Part shown: positions 13,756 through 24,843 of the stretch, one piece after another | Layout: each line of letters opens with the position of its first letter | Numbering within the stretch: the stretch's first letter is position 1 | DNA from: Eledone cirrhosa | Taxonomy: Eukaryota | Length of the DNA stretch: 64,000 nucleotides | Assembly (NCBI GenBank): GCA_964016885.1 | Contig: OZ024742.1 | Coordinates: 315,518,001-315,582,000 of the forward strand | Direction: 5' to 3' | Made by a program: the position numbers and the translations under genes | The notes under the pieces: model-generated | What the model was told of the DNA's origin: nothing | The model's database searches: none | What the model saw: only the letters and a program-made list of their open reading frames with translations

Positions 13756-14020
13756 CATCATCATCATCATTTCATTTTACGTCCGCTTTTCCCTGCTTGC
13801 AAGGGTGGGACGGGAACTGATTCTGGCATGATTTCTACAGCTGGATGCCCTTCCTAACACCAACCTCATTTACAGTGAGTGCTGGGTGCTTTTTTGCCGT
13901 GGCACCTCCACGACCACTTTGCAGTGGAATGATAGAGACCCCAGTCCCTATCATCTCATTTCTACAGCTGAGTAAACTGGAGCAATGTGGAATAAAGTCT
14001 CTTGCTCAAGGAAACAACAC

Positions 14021-14021
<1 letters not shown>
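13756..14021 (-). mobile_element. SINE group A, head-truncated copy
   Basis: Near-identical to 6122-6385 (CORE-like part, RTE tail, (gat)n). Confidence 0.85.
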
Positions 14022-14076
<55 letters not shown>

Positions 14077-14157
14077 TCATTCTCATCTGGGAACAGTTTT
14101 GTATGGCGCCAGTTTGTGATTTGAATTCGGGAATTTTATATTCTCCGAGCGAGAAGA

Positions 14158-14241
14158 ACCTTCTGACGAGAATCCCCTTCTCAATGGTCGTCCGCCTGGA
14201 TTATCCATTTATTTTTGGATTTGAAACTGCGCGGTAAGGGT
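14158..14241 (+). ncRNA. Type I hammerhead ribozyme motif with a long stem II loop
   Basis: acctt-CTGACGA-gaatcc...ggattt-GAAA-ctgcgcgg-TA-agggt: stem I acctt/agggt, stem II gaatcc/ggattt, near-palindromic stem III. Confidence 0.6.
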
Positions 14242-14954
14242 ACATATAGTAAGTACAGGGAACTTTTAAAAATTTATTTTAAAACTTTTTCTCTATTTGC
14301 TAGACCTTGATTTTATATATATATATATGTATGTGTGTTAGTGTGGGTGTGTGTATATCATCACCATCATCATTTTACGTCCGCTTTTCCCTGCTTACAC
14401 ACACACACATAATAACGAGAGTTGTAATGATATAAAGAATAACAAATACTACTACTACTACTACTAGTATTGACAAATTCTAAAAGGACATAATTGTCAG
14501 AAAGGACCAGCTGTCACTGAAATAATGGTTGGTGTACGAGTGTGTATATATATGTGTGTGTATATAAACACACACACACCATCATCATCATCAATGTTAA
14601 ATGATGATGATTTATATGTGTGTGTGTGTGTGTGTGCATGAATGAATGAATGCCAATGTATGCCAGTCTGTCTAATAGTGCTTTGTATGTATATGTGTGT
14701 GTGTGCATGCATGTGTGTATACTTATATATATGTAGACACAACGCATGTACTTTTTTTATAGTTTTATTGGAAGAAGGGCCCTAGCCAGAACCCTTTAGT
14801 TTGTGTGGCAGCAGGGGTTCCATAGCTTGGGAGGAAGTTATGTTCAGGCAGGAGACCTGGCCAGAATACTGGCCACAGAGTGGACTCAGTCAAAGGCAGC
14901 AATGAGACAGCTGTTCCATAGACAAATGAACAGGCCTACTACTGTTCTTTATAT

Positions 14955-15225
14955 CTGTATGTATGGTCTTGTAACTTCTGATAGTGTTGTAGGGGTACCG
15001 TATTGACATATGGCGTTTCTTGGGCATTTTAAGCCTAGCAGAGCCCATCTCTCTCCAGGCCTGAGTCCAGCAGATTTCTTCCAGAAAAAGATAGAAAGTG
15101 AGAGAGAGGAAATGAGAAAGAGATATGGAGAAAGAATCCACCCCAGTACTAGACTGGTACTTTTTTATCAACCCCGAAAGGATGAAATGCAAAGTTGACC
15201 TCAGCAGGATTTGAACTCAGAGAGC
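14955..15225 (-). mobile_element. SINE group B with an alternative long 3' tail
   Basis: Group B core at 15150-15220 joined to a tail (ctggaagaaatctgct...aaaatgcccaagaaacgccatatgtcaatacgg) also seen at 61520-61660. Confidence 0.7.
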
Positions 15226-15869
15226 CACCTATATATCTATATGCAAATGGTCAAATCAATCAAGTGACAGGCAGCTAACGAAAGCTGTAGTAGTTCCTAT
15301 CTAGTTACTAGTACTAAGTTTAACACCCAATGGCTCATTCAACAGGCTGGAACTACCTGGTGGTAAGCTTACCCGAGAGGCTTAGAACACACACACACAC
15401 ACACACATACATATACATATATACACGTTGTGCAGACACTGTGCCAAGCTGTATCAGCTATTGCCTTTCCATTGAGAACATTGGTGGCATGGAGAGGGGA
15501 GACTGGCATGCATGAGTGACTGTTGGCCTTCAGTAAACACACCTTGCCTTGAATCATGGTTCAAAATCTAGGTTCAAAACCATGGTTATTCATGACCGGG
15601 GGGGGGGGGGGGGGGGGGGGGGGCTACGAGACAATATATATATATATATTTATTTATATATATGTGTATATATATATATGTATATAGATATAGATAAACA
15701 CACACACATATACATATATATATATATATACACATATGCACATAGATAGAAATACACTCATATAATAAAAATGTATACACATGGATGTATCTGTAGTTAG
15801 TTACATGAAAGATAAGTGTGTAAATGCTTGTATTATAGTACATATCTGTGTGTGTGTGTGTGCATACAA

Positions 15870-16292
15870 TATACATATGTATGTGTGTTTATATATATAT
15901 ATATACATGTGTGTGTATATATATGTCTGTGTATATACATAGGTGTTTATATATATACATGCGTGTGTGTATATATATATATGTGTTTATATATATACAT
16001 GCGTGTGTGTATATGTGTGTGTATATACATAGGTGTTTATATATATACATGCCTGTGTGTATATACATAGGTGTTTATATATATACATGCGTGTGTGTAT
16101 ATACATAGGTGTTTATATATATACATGTGTGTGTGTATATACATAGGTGTTTATATATATATACATGCGCGTGTGTATATATGTGTGTGTATATATACAT
16201 AGGTGTTTATATATACACATGCGTGTGTGTATATACATAGGTGTTTATATATACATGTGTGTGTATATATGTGTGTGCGTATATACAGAGGT

Positions 16293-16326
<34 letters not shown>

Positions 16327-16370
16327 GCGCGTGTGTATATATATGTGTGTATATATACATAGGTGTTTAT
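15870..16370. repeat. Minisatellite, ~32-40 bp unit
   Basis: Repeating atacataggtgtttatatatatacatgcgtgtgtgtat with variable (TA)/(GT) tracts. Confidence 0.9.
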
Positions 16371-16903
16371 AGGTATAAAGGAAGCTAGTACAATATTTAC
16401 CATTAGATCATTAATCCAGTCCAAACTTTTACACTGCTGCCTAAACTGCCAGAGAACACTTAGATACACCACTATATAACTCTATCCCCCACAACGCTCC
16501 TCACATGTCACATACTTCAGTCCTTTCTCTCTCTTTCACCCCCCCCCCCCCCTTCTACTCTCTGTTTTACTCAAAATTAAGATTGCCTCCTCACATTTGC
16601 CTCCTCATTTTGCACCTACCTTTTCTCTACTCCATTCCCACCCCTCCTTCATTCACCTCTCTTCCTCCCACATCATCTCTCCCCTCCTCTAATCCACCTA
16701 TTTGGGTGCATGTATGTGTATATGTGTGTGTGTGTGTTCATTGAGAATATGAACACACACATATACATCACCCCCCCCCCCCCTCTCAAGAGCGTGAAAC
16801 TAATAAACCTTTGTTCATACTGCCTCTCTGTTTTGTTCCCGTTCCATTTTTTACTATATATATATATATATATATATCCATACACACATCCATATAGATA
16901 TAT

Positions 16904-16961
16904 ATCATCATCATCATCATCATCGTTTAACGTCCATCTTCCACGCTTGCATGGGTTTGGA
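16904..16961 (-). mobile_element. Very short RTE LINE tail insertion
   Basis: Reverse complement of the LINE tail at 19158-19218; flanked by the duplicated sequence tatatatccatacacacatccatata. Confidence 0.8.
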
Positions 16962-17028
16962 TATATATATATCCATACACACATCCATATATATATATAT
17001 ATATGTGTGTGTGTATGTGTGTGTGTAT

Positions 17029-18840
17029 GTTGGGGAGAAGTGTGTACTTAACGATGATGGCATACTTGCCATCACCGACGCTGATAAGAAGGTAGCTTGG
17101 AAGTGTCACTATGAAAGGCTACTAAATGAGGAGAATAAATGGGAGAAAAACAGTCTCCCCCATATCGACCCAATAGAAGGACCAGCAGTGTTAGTCGAGG
17201 GGAGTATAATAAGTAAGGCAATCAAGGATATGAAGACGGGTAAGGCGGCTGGGCCTTCGGAAATAGTTGCTGAGATGCTGAAGGCATCTGGCACGGTGGG
17301 ACACACCATGGTCACCCGCATAGTTAACCAAGTCGTACAGAATGGGGTTGTTCCGAAGGACTGGCATAGCAGCATCATCGTTAACTGTTATAAGGGTAAA
17401 GGAGACGCCCTAGATAGGAGTAACTATAGAGGCATTAAATTAATCGACCAGGTCATGAAGGTCACGGAAAAAGTAATAGCACAACTAATCAGAGATAGAA
17501 TTGACCTAGATGAAATGCAGTTCGGGTTTGTGTCAGGCAAAAGTACCACAGACGCTCTTTTCATTGTACGACAACTACAGGAGAAGTACCTAGCTAAAGG
17601 TAAACCCCTCTACTTAGCTTTTGTCGACTTGGAGAAAGCCTTCGACAGAGTCCCCCGCTCCATTATCTGGTGGGCTCTTAGAAAACTAGGCGTTGACGAA
17701 TGGCTTGTGAGAGCTATACAAGCCATGTATAAAGAAACAGTCAGCAAGGTTAGAATTAACAACGAATATAGTGAAGAGTTTAGCGTAAAAGTTGGCGTCC
17801 ATCAGGGCTCTGTTCTCAGCCCCCTACTATTTATTATTGCCCTTCAGGCTATAACAGAGGAGTTCAAGACCGGCTGCCCATGGGAACTCCTATACGCAGA
17901 CGACCTGACACTCATAGCGGAATCAATGGCCGAGCTAGAGAAGAAATTCCAAACATGGAAGCACGGCCTAGAATCAAAAGGACTTAAAATTAACCTGGCT
18001 AAGACTAAAGTTCTAGTTTGTAGGAAAGAAAATAAGGCGGCGGTCCCTTCTGGGAAATGGTCGTGCTCGGTGTGTAGGAAAGGCATAGGTAGAAACTCCA
18101 TTTTATGTCCTAAATGCAAAGTATGGGTGCATAAAAGATGTAGTGGGATCACAGGTAAGCTAACTAAGAACATAGATTTTACATGTGGCCGGTGCTCTGG
18201 TGCAATAAGTAGCAGCAAGTGCCCACAAAATACTAGCTCTTTCAATTGCGCAGAGGGTTCTATAGAAATAGTGGACAGCTTCCATGATAAAATCAGCAGT
18301 GGGGGAGGGTGCTCTGAAAGTACAGTAGCTAGAGTCAGAACTGGTTGGAAAAAGTTCAGAGAGCTTATACCACTATTAGCTGCTAAAGGGTTCTCCCTAA
18401 AAATGAAAGGCAGGTTGTACGATGCCTGCATACGAACAGCAATGTTGCATGGCAGTGAGACCTGGGCATTGTGTGCAGAGGATATACGCAGACTAGAGAG
18501 GAACGAAGCTTGCATGCTCCGCTGGATGTGTAACAGTAATATACTTGAACGGCAAAGCATAAACGAACTAAGGAAAAAATTAGAAATAAGAGGGATCAGA
18601 TGTTGTTTACTCGAGAGAAAGCTACGTTGGTATGGTCACGTGATGCGCATGAAAGTCGATAGCTGTATAACAAAGTGCAGGGCAATAAAGATAGACGGTA
18701 GCCACGGAATAGGCAGACCTAGAAAAACCTGGGACGAACTGATAAACTCCGACCTCACACACTTACACCTCTCCAAGACAATGTCACTGGACCGAGACCT
18801 TTGGCGGTACTCAGTAACAGAGAAGACCCGCCTTACCTAA
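17029..18840 (+). pseudogene. Truncated LINE reverse transcriptase ORF with inserted PHD-type finger
   Basis: Motifs NYRGIKL, QFGF, FVDLEKAFDRV, GVHQGSVLSPLLF, LLYADDL and RWYGHVMRM. A 3-codon deletion removes the YLG motif (VDSFHDKI versus VDSFCYLGDRI in copy 2). The ORF-track N-terminus 16951-17028 is microsatellite. Confidence 0.9.
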
Positions 18841-19218
18841 ATACATAGTAAAACCTACTACAGCCAGTAGGCATCTCTAACAAAATACCCCCCCGTCCCA
18901 CCACCACCACCCCCACCTCATCCACACCACCCCGTTCTATGTAAAGTTATGCCGAAACAAATGAGATCGTGTAGGTGTCACGACAAAAAAACACAGTCCA
19001 CGCTGTAATGTGGCCGTGTAGGCAACACGGTAAAAACCTCCCAGACCCACACTGTAAATGTGGTTGGTGTTAGGAAGGGCATCCAACTGTAGAAAACCTG
19101 CCAGACAGTCCTATGCGAGCAAGACAATCACTCTTGCCTCAAGTGGGACTACCCCCGTCCAAACCCATGCAAGCGTGGAACACGGACGTTAAACGTTGAT
19201 GATGATGATGATGATGAT
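17029..19218 (+). mobile_element. RTE-clade LINE, 5'-truncated (copy 1)
   Basis: RT ORF to 18840, 3'UTR containing ttaggaagggcatcca, (gat)n tail; no endonuclease domain present. Confidence 0.95.
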
Positions 19219-19693
19219 ATATAGCGCCAGGTCTGGCTATAAGGTTATGAAGTTTGCTTTATAGCTTACATGGTTCTGAGCTAGGTTTGATTCTCGGAGT
19301 CGATGTGATTGACTAAAACTTTTGAAGGTAGCATCTATACGTGATTTGAGGCAAATGATAGAAAACAATAAAAGATTTTCCACATGTGGTTGTGTGTGGG
19401 TGTGTGAAAATATTCATGCTAATCTGTGTTTATGCACATGTAATCATCATCATCATGATCATCATCTTACATCTGCTCTCCGTATTGGAATGGGTTAAAC
19501 ACGTCACGAAGATCCAGAATTAGACATATCGGGGGACAACATATTGGTCATATTTGTGAACATACACATACACACATCATGATGATGATATATATCTATG
19601 TGTGTGTGTGTGTGTATATATGTACACACATATTCATGTGGGTGTATATGAATCAATATTGATATAAATACACGCCCAACCACACACACACAC

Positions 19694-19734
<41 letters not shown>

Positions 19735-20227
19735 GTATATATATGCACACATATACATATATATATATTTGCTTTTCCTCAATACTACACTGCCATCTGG
19801 ATAGTATTCATTAGCAAACAATAAGAACAGAAAAAACAACATCAACACCATGACATATGAAAAATTAATAGGACATTAAAAATCAATTTAGATTTTGAAT
19901 TTGTGTGTGTGTGTGTTAGGTAAAGAGGGATCACTTTACATAAGAATGTACATATATCACTCACTACATATGTCTAACCTAAGATTGTATTGAACATTAT
20001 ATAATATGTGTGTGTGTGCATGCGTTATATATAAATATATAATATATATATATATACAATGATATTAAATAAATGGAAACTATATTTATAAAACCATATT
20101 TATATATATAGTTTCCATTTATTTAATATCATTGAATATTTACTTCAGTTATCAGTTGAGTGCTTTAAATCAGTTATAAACATTTATATTTGTCGGACTT
20201 CCAGCAAATTAAATACCACTTCTACTC

Positions 20228-20286
<59 letters not shown>

Positions 20287-20448
20287 CATTCAAAGTTATG
20301 GATGTCATGATTGAGATATTCTCCAACATGAGTCACGTCTCCCAAAATCAGCTCTTAGAAAAAATTCAAGGAATAATTCCGGGCATATAAGCATTAGAAA
20401 ATAGTGAATGACATATATATATATATAATGATATAAACGTATAAAAAG

Positions 20449-20487
<39 letters not shown>

Positions 20488-20711
20488 TATGTGTGTGTGT
20501 GTGCATGGGGACATGGAAATACTCGGTTTGGTGCTTTAGTACACAGTCAGTCCACTGATCAGCCCACCGGGAGTCAGAGGCACGTAATTCAAGCCCTTGG
20601 GCAGGGCTAAAAAGTCGTGTTTGCACCACCCGTGTATGAGAAAAAGCTCAAGGGACAGCAATTCTTGAAACTGAGATGCAGCCATTATATCAGAGAGAGA
20701 GAGAGAGAGAG

Positions 20712-20749
<38 letters not shown>

Positions 20750-21361
20750 GCTTTTGATTTTTAATTCATGATTTCTTTCTTTCCCTTCTCACTCACATAT
20801 ACGTACTAATAGATATATGGACATGTATCTATCATCCTTATTGTTATCCATTTATCTACCATATACCTATATATAATTATCTATGTAATCCAATCTAATT
20901 ATCTATTTCACCAATATTTATTGTCCTTTAAATTCCAAGTGTTGCAATGCATTTACTATTATAATATTAATTGTAAACAGTAGAATTTACGCAGAAACAG
21001 AAACCCAATATCTGATTAATGTACTTCGTCTAGTAAATTTAAAGTTAGATTTAAAGTTAGATTTAAAATATATATATATAAGAGAGTTATGTAAAACAGG
21101 TGGAAAGCAAGTTTTAATATCAAGTCAAGGCGAATAACTCTTGTTTTCCTAAACTAACCAAACTCAAGTTATTTCCACTTAGTTGTTGAGGTATAAGTAA
21201 TAATTGTTTCTACTTTTTGGAACAAGGCCAGCAATTACACAAGTGAATTACTGGTACTTTATTTCATCGAAGGGTATTTTACGGTTGAAGAAAATATTTA
21301 TTTTAAACTCATTGAAGAAAATTTCGAATTTAAAATCAACATTTAGAAAAATTAAGAAAAA

Positions 21362-21548
21362 TAATTGTTTCGATTTTAGGCACAAGGCCAGCAATTGTCC
21401 AGTACATTACTGGTACTTTATTTTATCGACCCCGTAAGCATGAAAGGCAAAGTTAATCTCGGCGGGATTTGAACTCAGACCGTAAACGGACGTAACTATG
21501 CTAGAAAGCATGGCGTCCAACCCTCTACCGATACTGCCAATTCACCGG
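21362..21548 (-). mobile_element. tRNA-related SINE group B
   Basis: Reverse complement of the 51337 copy; aaaaataattgt is duplicated on both sides. Confidence 0.85.
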
Positions 21549-22809
21549 AAAAATAATTGTATCAAATATGAATTCTCATACTTCCCCCTACCAGTATCGA
21601 TAAAATTATGTTAAGTTTTGACTCCCATACAATAAACTAGTGGGTTTCTCTTCAACATTGAGTTCATCTATAAACGTGACAGTTAGTACTGGTGTTTAAC
21701 CCTAGTTGTTCCAGTTGCAATCATCACATCATTTTTGCAAATCTATGTCTGCAATTATCCAATATTGCTTTCAGTTTTGTTGGGTTTTTTTTTTAATATA
21801 AGATAACAAGTTGAGTGACCACATTTAGAGCGAGGTACTGTGGTGGAACCAATCTCCTCCAGTACAAGCTAACGAAATACAAACATTAGAAAGGATTCCA
21901 TGGCTTACAGACGTGAGCTACATTATACTTTTGTCTTTAATTACAGTAGGTGAACTGTACCATTATGAGTTAAATATCTTAGTCATAGACACAGCACAAC
22001 ACTGGTAGCTATAATACTTAGGTCCGCACTATTGACACAACGAACCACAAAACTCACCTTAGAATATAAGAAAAATATATTAGTAAGGAAATGAAAGCAG
22101 GAAAGGACAGAACTTTACATTGGACCAAGGAAACTGATTCCATTAGTCTTTCCATTGCTGATATTACCTGTCAGTCACAACTCATAGCAGAAGCTTTTCT
22201 GGTACAAGGATGTTAGATTTTAATTCAGAATGCACGAATCTGGAACTAATACTACAATAATTTCCCCAAACCACCACACCTGAACTGGTACATTATTTAT
22301 TGACCCCAAAAGGATGAAAAGCAAAGTTGACCTTGGCACAGAGACCCAGAATAAATGCTTTGCAGCATTTAATCCAATACTCTAACAACTCTGTTATATA
22401 TTAACAACTCACAGATGTTTTAATAAAGGAGAGAAAAAATTCAAAGAAAGGAAAATAAATCAATATCTGTCCTTAGAAATGATCTATAAATTCAACAAAT
22501 GTCAGATAAGCTTTGTTGACAGTTTCTTACAATAATATTAACCCTTTAGCATTTAAACCAGCCGTATCCGACCAGAATTCTCTCACTTCTTTCTGTTCAA
22601 ACCAACCATAACCAGCTGCTCATACTGACGTTAAAGTATTGTTCTCAAAATCTCATAGATTCAATATTGTTCTCAAAACCTCATAGTTTCACTGCGTGCA
22701 AGGATGATGAATGATGGGTGAAGAGGTGCTAGGAAATGCCAGTAGATGGAAGCTACAGTAGATGTAGACCAAGAAAGACCTGGGCAGAGGTGGTGAAAAT
22801 TGACCTTAA

Positions 22810-23029
22810 CCCTTTAGCATTCACATTACTCTATATATACTATTATATTTTCATGGTAAATGCTTTATCTCACATACTTATCTCACATATTATCTAATCT
22901 ATGAGATTTTGAAAGTATTTATTTTGAGAACAATACCTTAACATCAGTTTGAGTGACCAGTTACAGCCAGTTTCAACAGAAAAAGGTAGAGAATTCTGGC
23001 TGGTTTTTGCCGGTTTGAACATTAAAGGG
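22810..23029 (-). mobile_element. piggyBac-type MITE, family A
   Basis: TTAA on both sides, cccttta...taaaggg termini; a partial copy lies at 22542-22688. Confidence 0.85.
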
Positions 23030-23869
23030 TTAAATCACTGAGACTCACAGAGGAGATGACAAATGAACACAGCGAGTGGAGAGATGCTATGCTGAAAAAA
23101 ACCAGTCCAGCCAATGCAAGCATGGGAAAATGGATGCAAAAATGATGATGATGATGATGATATAATATATATATATGCGTGTGTGTATGTATGTGTGTAT
23201 GTGTGTATGATGTGTATATACATGGATGTATGTCCCTGTCTAAGAAAGTATGAGTAAGGATATATATGTTTACCCACTAAAAAGGAACATCTCAATAGTT
23301 TTTTGCTAACACTCTGACCAGTAAATTTATAACACACACTAAAACACGTCAAAGCAATGTTAATACCTTAAATGAGATAATAAAGCGTTTATGAGGAGCA
23401 GCCATAAAAGTTGAAGATCACACTTAGACACTATGTTTATGATGTCATCTGTCATAAACAGAGGAGGATTTGATAAACTTGATTCAAGTCTCCCTTAAAG
23501 TTAGAAATTCCAGTTCTAAACATAATATTAACACCTTTTTACAAATCTATGGCTGCATTAGTCAATGTATGGTTCGTTATACAAATCTATGGTTGCATTT
23601 TTCAATGTATGGTTCGTTATACAAATCTATGGCTGCATTATATATTTTTTAAGATGGTGGGAAGTGATTTGAGAGAATTTTGCTGTTACTTTTAGCAAGT
23701 TAAGGGACCACATCTATGGGAATTTAATGTGGTAGAATCAATCCTTTCATTCTCCAAATTATACTTAACTTGATCTTATGTATTGAGGATGTATTTGTGT
23801 CTTCACTTAGCATTTGACAGTGTGCACAAGCAACAACATTTATTTATGTCCTGCAACTGAGTGGTTCAA

Positions 23870-24175
23870 TATGCAAAGATCAGATATGTTGAGAGAAAAT
23901 CTGGATGTAAGAGAAATCAGATAAAGCATGCAAGAGAGAAAGTTGCACAGGTATAGACATATAATGCATGTGGATGATGATTGTTGGGTGAACCGAGTGA
24001 CAGTAAGATGTAGTAGGAGTAAGCTAAGAAAGAATTGAGCCAGAGTTGGTAGACATGGATCACAGGACAGTGAACCTCACAAATGAGATGATATAGGAAA
24101 GTGAAAAATAAGAAGCTTCTTTGGTTGAAAGATTCTTCTAAGCCAAGAAATCATAGGTAAATGGAAGTGATGATG
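23870..24175 (+). mobile_element. Old RTE LINE 3' fragment
   Basis: Degenerate match to the LINE C-terminus (LRENLDVREIR...MQERKL...HIMHVDDDCWV). Confidence 0.65.
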
Positions 24176-24752
24176 AGCTAAAGCCCATACATTTATATAG
24201 ATATAGGTAGGTGAATAAATAGATTTATAGGTATATATAAATAACAAAATATATATAGTAGATAGATAGATATTAATGTTGGCTCATGTGTTTATAGGTA
24301 CAGTGTAACTCCATATATGTTGTAGAGTTATATTTCTCATATATTTCTCAGCTGACTCAAGTTTCATTGAGTGGAGGATTGGCAAGCAGCTTCAACGAAA
24401 CTCGAGTACCAGTCACCCAAGATACATATCAAAATAACAATTATTATTAATTATTATATGATTTGGAGCATCTCAAGCCTGAATGTTTATTACGCCAATG
24501 CTTATCCTGATTTTTTTAGCATTAAGCAAATGAGAGTACAAAACCACACACCTGGACAGGACACCAGTCCATTTTACAATTAAAACATCCAGCTACTGCT
24601 GGTATAAATTTTCAGCTGAGTAAACTCGAGCAGTGGGAAATGGATTGTTTTGCTCAAAAACACAATACACAACGTTGTCCAGGAATGAAACCTATGACAT
24701 TATGTTCATAAGTCCAAAACCCCGACCACTTGCCACGTACCTTCACTATATA

Positions 24753-24842
24753 TAGGGTGTCCCCCAAAAATGTATACACACTTCAACAGTACTCTAATAG
24801 ATATTGCCTGTATAGGTAATGAGAAATTTTGGGGACACTCTG
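24753..24842. mobile_element. Tc1/mariner-type MITE abutting LINE copy 2
   Basis: ta|tagggtgtccccc...ggggacactctg|ta, homologous to 6019-6118. Confidence 0.75.
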
Positions 24843-24843
24843 T

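Noticed and set aside
17844-18560. 238-aa minus-strand ORF, and similar ORFs at 25833-26462 and 26502-26948
   Set aside because: Antisense shadows of the LINE RT ORFs with no independent motifs.
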